DNA from: Podarcis muralis
Lineage: Eukaryota
DNA length: 64,000 nucleotides
Reading direction: 5' to 3'
NCBI RefSeq assembly: GCF_964188315.1
Contig: NC_135666.1
Location: 15,438,001-15,502,000 of the forward strand
The translations under genes were made by a program, and so were the position numbers. The notes beneath the pieces were generated by a model that saw nothing but the letters and a program-made list of their open reading frames with translations, searched no databases and was not told the origin of the DNA. Within the stretch, counting starts at the first letter, position 1. The number at the start of each line of letters is the position of its first letter. Shown piece after piece: positions 49,909-62,744 of this stretch.

Positions 49909-50608
49909 TTTAAAGGTATAGTGTGTGCGCACAACCTTAGGCACGCAGTTGGTATTTGCTGACCTCCGTTTGCATCGGCCAATAAGGCACCCTAACCAGG
50001 CATGTGTACAAAAAGCACAAATGTGCTTTTCTACTGCGTTACCTCTAAAGCAGAGCTTTCCAAGCTGTGTGTCGCGACACGTTAGTGTGTCAGCTGCAGT
50101 GTGTAGGTGTGTGGGGGTTGGTTTGAGCTCTGGTCTGCTAGCAAAACCAAATTACTATGTCGCAAAATGATGCGTGTCTAAAAAGTGTGTCCCCAACATG
50201 AAAAGTTTGGAAACCTCTGCTGTAACCTAATCAGGTTATGCCAAACACTTAGGGATCAGGTCAGCTTAGGGTTCTAATGGGAGAAACTTCATGCCTAGAA
50301 GCAGGTGCCGTCACCCAGGTGTGCTGCCCTCTCTCTCCTCCCAGCCGAGGCCTCGTCTCCCTCTTCCAGCAGCGCTTCGGATCCCGAAATGGAGCCAGAG
50401 AACTTCAGGGCTGGGGGGCAGATTTGGCACAGGCATCTCCTGACTGCGAACCCTGGTCCTTCCCAATTCATTCAAAAGTGCCAGATCTTTTTGCGCTTCC
50501 CAATTAAATAAAAAGCAAGTTGCCTTTTTTTGTACGCCGTTGCCAAGACAGGTGCTTCTTCTCTCTGCCGCTAGCGCCTCTGGTTGCCGTTGGGTCAAGC
50601 CGGTTTGT

Positions 50609-50709
50609 GCTTTTAATGACTGATGTTTTAATGTATTTTTAATCTCCTGTTGGAAGCCGCCCAGAGTGGCTGGGGAAATTCAGCCCAATGGGCAGGATAT
50701 AAGTAATAA

Positions 50710-50761
<52 letters not shown>

Positions 50762-50771
50762 GTATTATTAC
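50609..50771 (+). mobile_element. L2 3' UTR end with (ATT)n tail
   Basis: GGAAGCCGCCCAGAGTGGCTGGGGAAA..ATGGGCAGGATATAAGTAATAAATTATTATT. Confidence 0.8.
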
Positions 50772-51682
50772 TAGAAGCACCACCCCTAAGCACATGAGCA
50801 CTCATTGGTATAACGTTAGGTTAGGGTCCTCCAATAGATATCTGCACATCATGCTCTATTTGCATTCTGCATACCTTTGCACTTGCTACTTGCGGCAGGG
50901 GACTGGAATCCTAACAGCTGGAGGACTTGAATTCTCTCTTCCTCAGGCCTCCAGCAATTTTTAATCCCCTCCCACATGAGCCCTCCTCAAAAATTTGGCT
51001 TTAAACACACACACACCAATTCCATATATAAAAAATTTTTTTAATGATATTTCTTTATATAAAAGCAGTGCTTCTTTTTCTTAAAAAAATGTTTAAGCTT
51101 CCAGTCAGAATTCTCAACAAGTGTTTTCCATAGTGTTTTTCCCTATTTTCCCTAACATAATGTCACAATGTATGGTTGCATGTTTTGTTTAAACTAAAGC
51201 AAAAGCTCTGGAGAACTGTGATTTAAACAAAACTTGATATATTCCCTAGTTCATCTTGCTTTCTTCTTACTCTTGCAAAAAACTCAACCCTCCCCTGCAA
51301 TTTTTCCCTTTAACTGACTAAACTTTGTTCTTTATGACATTGTCTCTTGCTGTACACCTGTATTGAAGCTACTGCATGGAACTGTACTAAAAGCTGGTAG
51401 TCTTTTTAAATTAATAAAAATTGTGCTCTAATGAAAAAAAATGTTTAGGCGTACTTTCATTTTGACTCAAGAAAATCACCATTTTATAGTTCAAATCAGG
51501 AAAAATAAATACAGTAAATGGAGAAAAGTACAAAGATTCACAAAATGTTTGGGGTATGCGTACCTCAGCGTACCCCCAGAAGAAAAGCACTGTATAAAAG
51601 CGATTCCATATGTATTAATTCCAAATTCAGTACACATTCAGACTGTCTTCAAACGCAAACCCGCTTATAACACATTACAGTA

Positions 51683-52224
51683 CTGCGTGATGGAATAATG
51701 GGTGATATGCCAGAGGAATTAGTGAGGTTGGGGTTGGAGACAGTTCACCTATTTCTGCTTTCCATGATTTAAGCATGGTCTGTGTTAACCTGTTTAGTGT
51801 TGTGGGAATTTTCCTTAGTTTGCTTGGGAAGAATGTGTATGCTATTGTGCAGGTATTTTCAATTGTGTCCCTCTCCAGGTGTACCCATTGTTTTGCCTCA
51901 TCTTCTATATACGGGATTATGTGGTGTACTTGGTTGGCGATGTAATATGCGTCTATGTTGGGGAGTCCCCATCCTCCCTCTAAGGAGGGGAGGTGCAGGT
52001 ATTTGGGGCTTATTTTTGGTTTTTTGTGGAAGAGAAATATCGCCACCTGTCCCTACCCCCACTCACCATGCCCTCCCTCCACCTCTTTCCCCCTTTTCCT
52101 CCTAATGTAACACTAATGTCTCAACAAATGAAGGTGATATGTAGAAAATGTAACTTGGAAAAAGAGGCATTGCACATATTTTTATAAACCCAGAAATCTT
52201 TAATAAAAAATATGTTAAAATAAA
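51683..52224. mobile_element. L1/Tx1-clade insertion with an inverted 5' part (ORF2 fragment on minus; 3'UTR-like sequence and A-rich tail on plus)
   Basis: The minus frame FLFHKKPKISPKYLHLPSLEGGWGLPNIDAYYIA..WVHLE is the L1 post-RT motif (FxW..KPRI..L..p..GG.glP.l..Yy.A). The 16-bp flanking duplication is ATAACACAT(T/C)ACAGTA at 51667-51682 / 52225-52240. Confidence 0.78.
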
Positions 52225-52258
52225 ATAACACATCACAGTAATCCAGCCTTGCGTGATA

Positions 52259-52547
52259 CAGTGGTGCCTCGCAAGATGAAATTAATCCGTTCCGCGAGTC
52301 TCTTCGTCTTGCGGTTTTTTCGTCTTGCGAAGCACGGCTATTAGCGGCTTAGCGGCTATTAGCGGCTATTAACGGCTTAGCGGCTTTAAGAAAAAGGAAA
52401 CAAACTCGCAAGAACTCACAAGACGTTTCGTCTTGCGAAGCAAGCCCATAGGGAAATTCGTCTTGCGGAACGACTCAAAAAACGGAAAACCCTTTCGTCT
52501 AGCGAGTTTTTCGTCTTGCGAGGCATTCGTCTTGCGGGGCACCACTG
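52259..52547. mobile_element. Second Tigger-like MITE family
   Basis: TIRs CAGTGGTGCC(T/C)CGCAAG with TA TSDs. Internal CGTCTTGCG and TAGCGGCT repeats. Confidence 0.9.
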
Positions 52548-53050
52548 TAATGTGGTAGACAGGTTGTTGAAGTAAGACTCCCTTATCAAATAAAAAAACA
52601 GTACCTTTTGTTCACGATATTTATTTATTTTATTTGAAATAAAAGACCTGATCTTATCTGGATTCACTTCCCAGAAATAATAAAACAAGAATGCTTGGGA
52701 TGAGTTAAAATGTATTCTTGGGTTTTTTTGTTTTAAGTGGACTTGAAACTGCAGACACGGCACTTGAACATTATGAGAAATCTAAATTCAAAGGGCAGAT
52801 TGTCATGGTGCACCTCGAGAACAAACTGACATTTAAAGATGCTTCAGAAATGCTGGGGCTTGGAGTTCTTAACTTTCTAGGATGCATGTCACATTTTTTT
52901 TTCTATTCAGAGCTTTTATAAAGGTCTGAAGCACATTCTGGTTTCTCAATTCTAAGCCGTGGCATTTTAGGGCCAAGCGAAATAGCCACGCTTAGCCTCA
53001 TGTTTGCCCAGTTCATATAGGACAGGGTTGGGAGACATCTACATATACAA

Positions 53051-53622
53051 CGCTGTGGCTCTGTGGTGAAGCCTCTGCTTTGTATGCAGAAGGTCCTAGG
53101 TTCAGTCCCCAGCATCTCCAGGTAGGGATGGGAATTTCCATGGCCTGAAGCCTTGGAGAATCACTGCCATTAAGTATAGGGACAATGCTGAGCTAGATGG
53201 GCCAGTAAAAGGTAAAGGTAAAGGTACCCCTGACCGTTAGGTCCAGTCGTGACCGACTCTGGGGTTGCACGCTCATCTCCCTCTGTAGCCCGAGGGAGCT
53301 GGCGTTTGTCCACAGACAGCTTCCGGGTCATGTGGCCAGCATGACTAAGCCGCTTCTGGCGAACCAGAGCAGTGCACGGAAACGATGTTTACCTTCCTGC
53401 CGGAGTGGTACCTATTTATCTACTTGCAGTTTGACGTGCTTTCGAACTGCTAGGTTGGCAGGAGCAGGGACCGAGCAACGGGAGCTCACCCCATCACAGG
53501 GATTTGGACCGCCGACCTTCTGATCGGCAAGTCCTAGGCTCTGTGGTTTAACCCACAGCGCCACCCGCGTCCCTGATGGGCCAGTAGTCTGACTCAATAG
53601 AGGGCCATTTCCTATGTTCCTA
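53051..53622 (+). mobile_element. Older tRNA-derived SINE ending TTCCTATGTTCCTA (split by the Sauria SINE)
   Basis: tRNA-like head (CTGCTTTGTATGCAGAAGGTCCTAGGTTCAGTCCCCAGCATCTCCAG). The body resumes after the TSD at 53575. Confidence 0.75.
53208..53574 (-). mobile_element. Sauria SINE nested in an older tRNA-derived SINE
   Basis: 12-bp TSD GATGGGCCAGTA (53196-53207 / 53575-53586). Confidence 0.93.
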
Positions 53623-53771
53623 TAGACTTCCAGGTGTTGCAGCACGACAGCTCTCATCACCCTTGACCATTAACCATGCTTTCGGGGACCAATGGGAAAA
53701 CCAACACCTGGAGGGTCACAGGTTTCCTACCTGTATTTAGGTCTGAAATAGTTTTTACGTATGCTTTTCTT

Positions 53772-54178
53772 CCTGAGGGCCTTCTGGCAGTTCCCTCACT
53801 GCGAGAAGTGAAATTACAGGGAACCAGGCAGAGGATCTTCTCAGTAGTGGCACCCACCCTGCATAGCTGTCAACCTTTCCCTCTTCTTGAGAGGAATCCT
53901 ATTCAGAATAAGGGTATTTCCCTTAAAAAAAGGGAAACATTGACAGCTATGACCCTGTGGTACATCCTCCTGTCAGATGTCAAGGAAATAAAGAACTACA
54001 CAACTTTTAGAAGATATCTGAAGACAGCCCTGTATAAGGATTTTCTCTTTTTTTCTTTTTTTAATGTCTGATGTTTTGCTGTGTTTATATATGTCGCTGG
54101 AAGCCACCCAGAATGACTGGGACAACCGAGTCAGATGGACAGCATATAAATAATAAAATCATCACCACCATCATCATT
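53772..54178 (+). mobile_element. L2 3' fragment (interrupted by the MITE at 53862)
   Basis: Homologous to 62281-62650, with an (ATC)n-like tail. Confidence 0.85.
53862..53951. mobile_element. Short CATAGCTGTCAA-TIR MITE nested in an L2 fragment
   Basis: 12-bp TIR match. ACCCTG is duplicated at the flanks, and the L2 sequence resumes on the other side. Confidence 0.8.
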
Positions 54179-56019
54179 GAATCACTTTGGGAAGCTTATT
54201 GGAATGAATTCATAAGTGAAAAACAAAAATCAAATAAATCCATCCTCTGGGGACTGTGTACTAGCAGTGGGCGTGGCCCAAATGAAAGTGGGTATGGCCA
54301 AAATTGGGTACTGCCCATTCTCCCACTCTCTGCATTCATTCTCTCATACAGCACACACAAATATGCACACGCAGATAGGCAGGTGCCCAGTACTCATGGT
54401 ACACACAATATATGTAAAGCACTCTGCTACCACTTTAATGACTGTGTCTTTCCCCAAAGAATCCTGGGAATTGTGGTTTGTTTTCCCCAAAGAGTGCACA
54501 CGGTTGTCCGTCTCCTCACAACAACCCCGTGAGCTAGGTTCAGCTGAGAGACTATGGCTGGCCCAAGGCCACCCTGTGATCTTAATGGCTGAGTTGAGCA
54601 TTGAACCCTGGTCTCCCAGGCCTTACACACTGGTCCTCATGATGTTTGCAAACTTTATACTGCATTTTCAAATGCTATACTGGTGTATCATACGGGTATA
54701 CTTGCCAGGTAGGGAAGTTCCAATTGATACAAGTGCCAGACCCAGGCTTGACCCATGCAATGTGGGTCAAACTTCTCTTTTTAACACAAACCAACCCATC
54801 AGTATGACACAGCAGCTTAAAGAAAGCTGGTTATTACTATATTGTTATCCATTCACCAGTACCGGCATACACAGAATGCGATTATCTTTGTAGATAAGGT
54901 TTGTGGAGCACTAACCTAAATCTGGATACTTACCGTTTGTGGCTTCTTATCAAGAAACAGGAGAGGGGCCTCTTGTAGTGTAGACAAAATAAATAAATAA
55001 AGCCCATTTGAAGACAATTGTCTGATATTACCTGCACGTGGCACCTGATGGGTGAAGGTGGGAAAGAAACATGGAAGCAGCACAGAGACTTAACACACAG
55101 CAGACACATGCACACAAACTACAGCAAGTGCAGATTTATTCTTTTCAAGTAATCTGAGGTAAAATTCATCCAACCTCATTTATATTGTGTGGGGAATAGT
55201 ATTACAGGGCAGTCGAGCACTTTACTTGAAAAGCCAGCATTAAAGATTAACAGTAACTTGTTTTCTAATGCCACAGTTCTAAATCTGAGGACAAGGTGTC
55301 ACCTGCAAATTTGATCAGCATCCCCCTCAATATCTTTATCCAAGTCGTTTGTTACTTGTCGCTTTCCAGAACGATTAGGAGCCATTAGTGAGCCCTCTTT
55401 GGGTTCAGTCAGTCAACCAGCTACAAATCCACCTAACAGTTACCTCGTCCAGCCCACATTTTATCAGCTTCTCCACAATAATTTTGTGAAAAGCCTTATT
55501 GAAATCAAGAAACACCACACCTACAGGATTCCCCATATCCACCAAGCTTGTAACTCTCTCTCTCTATAAAAAGAAAATAGATTTGTCTGGCAAGGCTGTT
55601 GTTGTGAGACTACCCCCTGTCTTTGCTCACAAGAGCCCTGAGTGGCTGAGGGGGAAAAAAGCCAGCCCAAGGTCATCCAGGATTTGAACACAAGCCGAGT
55701 CCCAGGGCAAATCTTCTCTGTTCACTATACTGTGCCATAAACCAAGGCTATCACCTTGCTTGTGAGCTTCTCAGAGGCACCTTGCTGGCTGCTGCTAGCA
55801 ACAAAATACCTGGCTGGAGAAACCACTCCTGACCTAGTAAGGCAATTTTTATGTTCCTGAGTTGACCTTCCTCTTCAGTTTCAACCACATTACCTTATCT
55901 GTTTCTTTCATTTGCAAAACCCTTCTCTCTCTCTGGAAGATCTGGCATTTATTTTACATAAGATTTCTTTTTCCTCTCAGGTTACTATGGCTGGAATCCA
56001 AAAAGTTATTCTGGGTACA

Positions 56020-56258
56020 CATGGGCGTCCATGACGGGGGGGGGGCAGTTATTTCCCCCACCCCTGTAGAAACCACGACCCCCAGGTTCTCAACTTTAAT
56101 TTTAAAAAGAAATTGTAAGTTTGGAGCACTGGCTGAACCTGAAATAGGAGGCAAAAATGTGCAGGCACTATTCTTAAAAAAAACAATTGGTTCTCCATTT
56201 TCAGTGGTTTTTTTATTTTGAACCTCCCCTGCTGGAAAAGTTCCTGTAGATTCCCATG
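56020..56258. mobile_element. Degraded hAT-like MITE
   Basis: CATGGG...CCCATG ends. Flanks TGGGTACA / TGGACACA (6/8 match). Confidence 0.55.
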
Positions 56259-56399
56259 TGGACACACCTAGTGTTTTTTTTTAAATCCCTTCTCTGCTTT
56301 TAAACATTGGACTCCAATGTCATATTACTACCGCTGTCCATTGAGAAATGTAAGAGCAGTTTGCAAGTTTAAAATGCAACAATGGAAACAATAAAACAA

Positions 56400-56640
56400 A
56401 GCTTGGTTAAAACCAGACATTAATAAAAACACACATAGCAAAACAGCCATAAAGCATCTACAATCATTTGGTTTTTAGCTGTCTGCAGAAAGCCAGCCAG
56501 GAGGAAGCAGGGCAAACCTCCCTTGCAAATTGGAAGGAGATTCCATAGTATCGGGGCTGCAACAGAGAAGTCCCTGCTCCTTGTGGAGATCCGCCTAGCC
56601 TCTCTATAGGAAAGAATCTGGGACCGCTTCAACAGATTTT
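56400..56640 (-). mobile_element. Degraded L2 3' fragment
   Basis: The minus frame reads TRSRDFSVAAPILWNLLP. Confidence 0.6.
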
Positions 56641-57247
56641 AAGTACCAGGGAGGCTGATACACATTTCATAGTGTGGGCTGAGTTTAGCAAATCTAGTAA
56701 AATTATAGTCACTATCGTCTATGAGGGAAAGTCATCTGAGAAGGCCAATGCACACACTGTGGAAACATATACAATTATAAACATTGTGCAAATATACATA
56801 AAGTACATATAAATAACCTATTAAGGTATTGCAAAGATGGGTACAGATGATTCATCCCCTTTTGATTCTCACCTAGTGGCAAGCAAACAATTATTTAAGG
56901 AATCTTGTCGAGTTCAATGGCATTAAACTAACCAGAGGTGAAGCCACACAGATTTCAGAGGCCGAGACAAATCGACAAGGAATAAATTGTCCAGCGGTCT
57001 GCTCCTGGAGTCTTGGCTGCATTCTGTGAGGAAAAGTAGTGTTAATTTCTTTTCTGTAGACCTTGATTGGATCTGAAATGTAATTTACTCCCTGTTATTA
57101 GGATTAATTGACTCACTCTTTCCCTTCAAGTCTATAAAAACTAAGCAGAGACCTGGAGATTGAAGCCTTACTTTAGTATTAGGTATCTGCGCCAAGGCAT
57201 TCAGGTTCAATTATTTACTTTGCCCTTGACACATTATTACGTTGTCT

Positions 57248-57287
<40 letters not shown>

Positions 57288-57301
57288 TCCTTCCTTCCTT
57301 T
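57248..57301. repeat. (CTTT)n(CCTT)n microsatellite
   Basis: Seen directly. Confidence 0.9.
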
Positions 57302-57640
57302 GCTAGAAACTACCAACTCCAGCCATCTAGGCAAGTATTAGATGTGTTTAACAGATACATTAATTAAAATTTCCAACCTTCCCTTCAGAGCTTGTGAAGA
57401 GATATTATCATCTTTCCTGTTCTGAAAAATTGAGTTTGCTCACCCTCCCTTGTTGACTTATGCCTGAAACTTGCTTCTGAACGCCTACACCTGAAGTTCT
57501 CAAACTGTGGTCCATGTAGATCTCTGGTGGTCTGAGTTATCCATTAAAGTTCTCTGTGAAATGTTGTGGGACCATTGAAAATATGGTCACATCTATATAC
57601 CACATGCATTCATAGAACTTTTATACCTCTTTAACAGTTA

Positions 57641-57924
57641 GGAAATCAGCCCTGAGTGCTCACTGGAAGGACAGATCGTGAAGCTGAGGCTCCAATACCT
57701 CATGAGAAGAGAAGACTCCCTGGAAAAGACCCTGATGTTGGGAAAGATTGAGGGCACAAGGAGAAGGAGACGACAGAGGATGAGATGGTTGGACAGTGTT
57801 CTTGAAGCTACCAGCATGAGTTTGACCAACTGCGGGAGGCAGTGGAAGACAGGGGTGCCTGGCGTGCTCTGGTCCATGGGGTCACGAAGAGTCGGACACG
57901 ACTAAACGACTAAACAACAACAAC
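57641..57924 (+). mobile_element. Bov-B 3' fragment
   Basis: Same C-terminal peptide, with a small deletion, and a GACTAAAC(AAC)n tail. Confidence 0.9.
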
Positions 57925-58437
57925 AGCTTCCCCCTTAAAGTCATGGGAACTGGATTCTGGGAATTGTGATACTGTGAGGAGGTCTCTCAACAAACTACAT
58001 TTCCCAGTATTATTTGGGGGGAAGTCATGACTGCTAAAGTGGTGTAAGAATGCTTTAAATGTATGGCATCAGTGTGATATATAACTGGCCCTGCACTTAT
58101 TTTATTTTTAAAAAGAGAACTCCAAGGTCATTTTGATATGGCAGTTTTACTGAACAAGACAACAAGGGTCTGTGATATAGTGTGCTGGTTTGACCGTGAT
58201 GCTAACACTGAAGGGGAAATACTAAGATTTTTGGTGGGAGAGTGTGGAAGGAAAGCTATGGGCTGGTGAGGTGAGAGTTTATGATAATGATGGGCATAAG
58301 GCCCCTTTTGTATGAGCCATAGTGTTACTGTTATTATTTCCTTATTTATGGGCTCTCAGTTTAGGGTAAGGAGGCTTACATAACCATGAAATCCAATTAT
58401 TTCTTTATTTTCACACATCCTGATCTGGCTCACACAG

Positions 58438-58573
58438 CAGTGTGGGGAACCTTCAGCGCTCCAGATGTTGCTGAACTACAATTCCCATCAGCCTCAGCAA
58501 GCATGGCCGATGGTCAGGGATGATGGAACTTGTAATTCATCAACACCTGGAGGGCCAAAGGATCCCCCACTTG
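58438..58573. mobile_element. Older related palindromic hAT MITE
   Basis: CAGTGTGGGGAACC...GGATCCCCCACTTG. Degenerate TSD TCACACAG / TCATGCAG. Confidence 0.7.
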
Positions 58574-58877
58574 TCATGCAGGGCCATATCCAATAGGGTT
58601 TCTGTGGCCCAAAGGCCTGCACTTAAGATCATGAAAAGGCAACAGAATGAAACAGAACAGTTTAACAAGAAAACCCGCATAGGCCAGTTAATTAAAAGAA
58701 AATGAATAAAATAATAAGCTGAAAACCAAATAACAAAGGCGGCATAAACCTAACTAATTTAAAATATGGAAATTTAATTTAATTTAAAATGGACGAAATG
58801 GCTTAGGAAAATACAACCAACTCAGTGCTGCTAGCAGAACGTACCTCGTACCTCAGGTGAGAGGTAGAGGCCTACAC

Positions 58878-59013
58878 CAGGCATAGGCAAACTTGGCCCT
58901 CCAGATGTTTTGGGACTACAACTCCCATCATCCCTGACCACTGATCCTGTTAGCTAGGGATGATGGGAGTTGTAGTCCCAAAACATCTGGAGGGCTGAGT
59001 TTGCCTATGCCTG
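58878..59013. mobile_element. 136-bp palindromic hAT MITE (same family)
   Basis: Near-perfect hairpin with a perfect 8-bp TSD GCCTACAC. Confidence 0.92.
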
Positions 59014-59855
59014 GCCTACACACTCTGCCTTTGAACCTTTGGAGGTCAGCACAGGGCAGCAAATATTGCACTCCTAAATACGTCAGCAGCTCTGCAAAGC
59101 AGGAGACATGGCCGGCCACCTTAGAATTCAAGGGTAGATGTGTATAGCGTTGCCCTGCTAAACATGCCCTTGGCTTCTTTTCACAGGGTTATGTCCAATG
59201 TGAGTCCTACTCAGAGCAGGTTTGTTGCAGTTAGTGGACATGACAAACCAGGGCCCATTCATTTCCATGAGTCTACTCTTTGAGGAGAACTTAGCTGGAC
59301 ACGAACCCTTAACGTACAGCTGCAGAGTGCAGTGGGAGGCACTGCATTACCTTTTTTAAAAATTAACAATTTCCTGAAGTGCCTCAGTACCTTATTCACT
59401 ACATTACCTCCGGTGCCTGGTGCTAATTTGTGATCAGCTTAACCGAAGCAATAACCAAGTTGTTTCTTTATTTATGGTCTCTTGACTTCAGAGAAGATAA
59501 ATTCCAAGATGCTATAATAATGCAATAGGTTGGGCTATTGTTCCCTACAGGCAGATGATAGAAGAAAACTCTCTGAATGCAGTTGAGTCCCAGCACTGAA
59601 GTTAACAATGGCACTTCAGAGATGACATCGAGAGAGAGTGAGAGAGGAATTGCCAAATGTTTACCTTCCAACAAACCAGTTGAGCTTAAGACATGAAAAT
59701 CCACTTATTGGTTTGGGTCCGTGTGTAGATAAGGCCACGTAGTAACAAGCCTCCTGCCATCATATATGAGAAGCACTGAAAAATATATCTCTCTCACTCT
59801 CTTCATGGCTGAGTGTGGATCTGAACCCTGGTCCCCCAGCTCATAGACTCTTATG

Positions 59856-59992
59856 CAGCCTTTCTCAACCTTGGGTCCCCAGATGTTGTTGGACTACAAC
59901 TACCATCATTGCTGAGCACTGGTCCTGCTAGCTGGGGGTGATGGAAGTTGTAGTCCAGCAACATCTGGGGACCCAAAGGTTGAGGAAGGCTG
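59856..59992. mobile_element. Related palindromic hAT MITE
   Basis: CAGCCTTTCTCAACC...GGTTGAGGAAGGCTG with a GGACTACAACT / AGTTGTAGTCC core. Confidence 0.78.
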
Positions 59993-60904
59993 CTCTGACC
60001 ACTGTGCTACATCCAGAGAGGCCCCACATGGCAGCATGGACCTGGCTGGCAGGAGCACCCTGAGGCGAGTGACTCATTGTGGGTGCTGTTTGTGCCCAAG
60101 GGCCCTCCAAAACCTGGAACCAAGAAAATATACTCCATTTTTGCTTCAGTTCCTTTAGCTCTGTTGTGATAAAGTCTACCACTGGGAATTCTTAACATCA
60201 CTTAAAAAAAAGCAAGCAAGCACTGAGAGGCTGAAAAATGGATACTTTCTCTTACTACGACAAAATGGAAGATCTCAAGAAATGACTATGAGAAGTATTC
60301 AAAAAGTCATTTAGGCCTCAACTGTATCTTAAGGAGAAGAGAAGTCTTAGCATTTCATTAGGAAACAATAAACCGAACAAGGAACACGTCAGAAAATGAA
60401 ATGAAAGCAAAACCAGGGAAGAATATGCTTCCTGAGCTCCAAGACCTCCTTGCAATGATGGCTCCTTAGAGGCAGCAAAGGCTCTTTATAAAGGTACGAA
60501 ATGCCCACTTTGGGGATTATTGGCATTTTGAACAAACACAAAGTGCTAAAAAAAGCTAGCTGGATTATCAAGGATTGTGGGTGGGAGCAGCTCCTTTTCA
60601 TTCTGTCTATTTACAAAAAAAGTTTTTAAAGGGCAAATTTTGAAGGTGGTCTTGGGGGCCGAGATAGAAATATTTGGGGGCCCTGGCAAAGAGGGCATTC
60701 AAGTCTTCATATGTGACAATCCCACAGGCTGTCAGACAGTTAACAGGGTTTAATTTACATCGAGACCTAGCAGCATGGCTACCGGTCATACAAAACACAA
60801 CGGCTTAGCAGTTGCCATCAACCGTTACCCAGATTTTGTAAATGAAATTAAATTTATAAAATAAAGTATCTAGCTGGAAAAGAGTCAGTTCTTGTGCACC
60901 AGAA

Positions 60905-61240
60905 CTTCTGGTCACCTATATGCTGAAAGCAGCTCAAGTTTTGATCACAAGAATGTGGGAAACAGACAGGACACCAACAGTCGACCATTAAACGAGAAAA
61001 ATACGTGTTATAATGAACAATATTGTAAGATAACAGTTATGGGAAGGAAGGACACAACTGACAGACCTCCAAGGGGGGAAGAAAATGGATGCCAATCTTG
61101 CTGCGCTAGAACCAAACGAAGCTGTGGATGTCTTAAGTATGATTTAATTAATTGTAAACGTTCGAATGTTTATAATAATGGATTGTGGGTGTATGGAATG
61201 AGAACACTTAAATTTAAAAAAATAGTAAAAAAAACCCTGC
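60905..61240 (+). mobile_element. Degraded L1 ORF2 C-terminus / 3' end
   Basis: A plus frame reads ELLVTYMLKAAQVLITRMWETDRTPTVDH* and fits the same L1 terminal motif with stops. An A-rich end follows. Confidence 0.5.
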
Positions 61241-62280
61241 TTCTTACATTGACTACTCTTTAGACATTACCCCCCCCCCCCCAAAAAAAAATTAAGGACC
61301 TGGGAGAATATTTAAAGAGTGGGAGGGTTTTGGAAACAAGAACTGATTTTTCAAATAAGCTCTTAATTTAAATTGGGTCTGGAAGACAGTTTTTAATGTA
61401 AGTATCATTATATTGGGCAAGTGCCATGTATAGCTTACTTTGATCTCCTGCAGAGTTTTGAGGCAGTAATTTAGCCATAATTAATTTGCCCCCTGTGTTT
61501 AACCTTACAAAATATCCAGAGCTTATTATTATTGGGAGCTTCCGCATTCTCTTAAAGTTCCCGCATTCTGAGAGAATGTCTAAAAACTGCAGCAAACTTA
61601 GAAATAAGCTTGTGCCATGCTAATGATACCCACCACTCCTTTTAATAGCAAGCACAGGTAACAGCAATGATGCCGGAACAGTGCTAATGGTAGGGATGCG
61701 GGAAAGAGGAAGATTTTCAGCCCGTTCGGGAAAAACGTGTAGTATTCAGAAGCACCAAACAAACTAATAAAAATAAAAATAAGGGGACATCTCCACCTCC
61801 AAGCAGACGAATTAAGTCTGAGCATGCTCCATAGCTGCCAGGGCTTGCATGCAAGCTGGGGGGAGAAAAACCGAAAACTGAGTGAGTGGGATGCCCTACC
61901 TGAGCTTCCTACTTATAGGTGATGCTATGGCTTGCCAGTAGGAACGCTGAATAGGAGCACACCTGTGAGGAGGTGAGGGTGCCGGAAATATTTTGTGGAA
62001 GGGCCTACAAAATGTGTTCTCTTTACTATCTGAGCCAAAGAAGGGTCTGCAGCACAGGGGCAGTTTTTCTGTTGCAACTCAACAAGCCCGGTCCAAGAAG
62101 CTACTGTAAAGGAGTCCAGCTGGAAACCCTAGGCAAACCATTCCAGACTCTGCGTGGGGGCTTTCGACTTCTCTCCTCAACTCCCAAGTTCTTTCTCATT
62201 ACTAAACTCCTTGGAAGCCTATCTAGATGCTAGAATGGAAGCCTAAGGATGAGGAGGATTTATAAACATCTGTTATAAAT

Positions 62281-62601
62281 AGGAGCGTCTCCACCCCTAT
62301 TGTTCTACCCGGACACTGAGGTCCAGTACCGAGGGCCTTCTGGCAGTTCCCTCACTGCGAGAAGCCAAGTTACAGGGAACCAGGCAGAGGGCCTTTTCGG
62401 TAGTGGCGCCCTCCCTGTGGAACGCCCTCCCACCAGATGTCAAAGAGAACAACAACTACCAGACTTTTAGAAAACATCTGAAGGCAGCCCTGTTTAGGGA
62501 AGCTTTTAATGTTTGATGTATCACAGTATTTTAATATTCTTTCGGAAGCCACCCAGAGTGGCTGGGGAGGCCCAGCCAGATGGGCGGGGTATAAATAAAA
62601 G

Positions 62602-62650
<49 letters not shown>
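62281..62650 (+). mobile_element. L2 LINE 3' fragment with (ATT)n tail
   Basis: A plus frame reads LRSSTEGLLAVPSLRE..GTRQRAFSVVAPSLWNALP..FRKHLKAALFREAFNV*. The 3' UTR GGAAGCCACCCAGAGTGGCT..GATGGGCGGGGTATAAATAA follows. Confidence 0.88.
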
Positions 62651-62651
<1 letters not shown>

Positions 62652-62744
62652 TGTTATTACCAGGGAATTATGTGGACCAGTTGTTGCATTTAAGGTATGA
62701 GACTTCTGCGTTTCCAATACTTACCTGAGCCTAAGATTCTTAGG

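Noticed and set aside
52259-52547. CRISPR-like or novel regularly spaced repeat array
   Set aside because: The CGTCTTGCG and TAGCGGCT repeats are irregular internal repeats of a TA-flanked TIR element in eukaryotic DNA.
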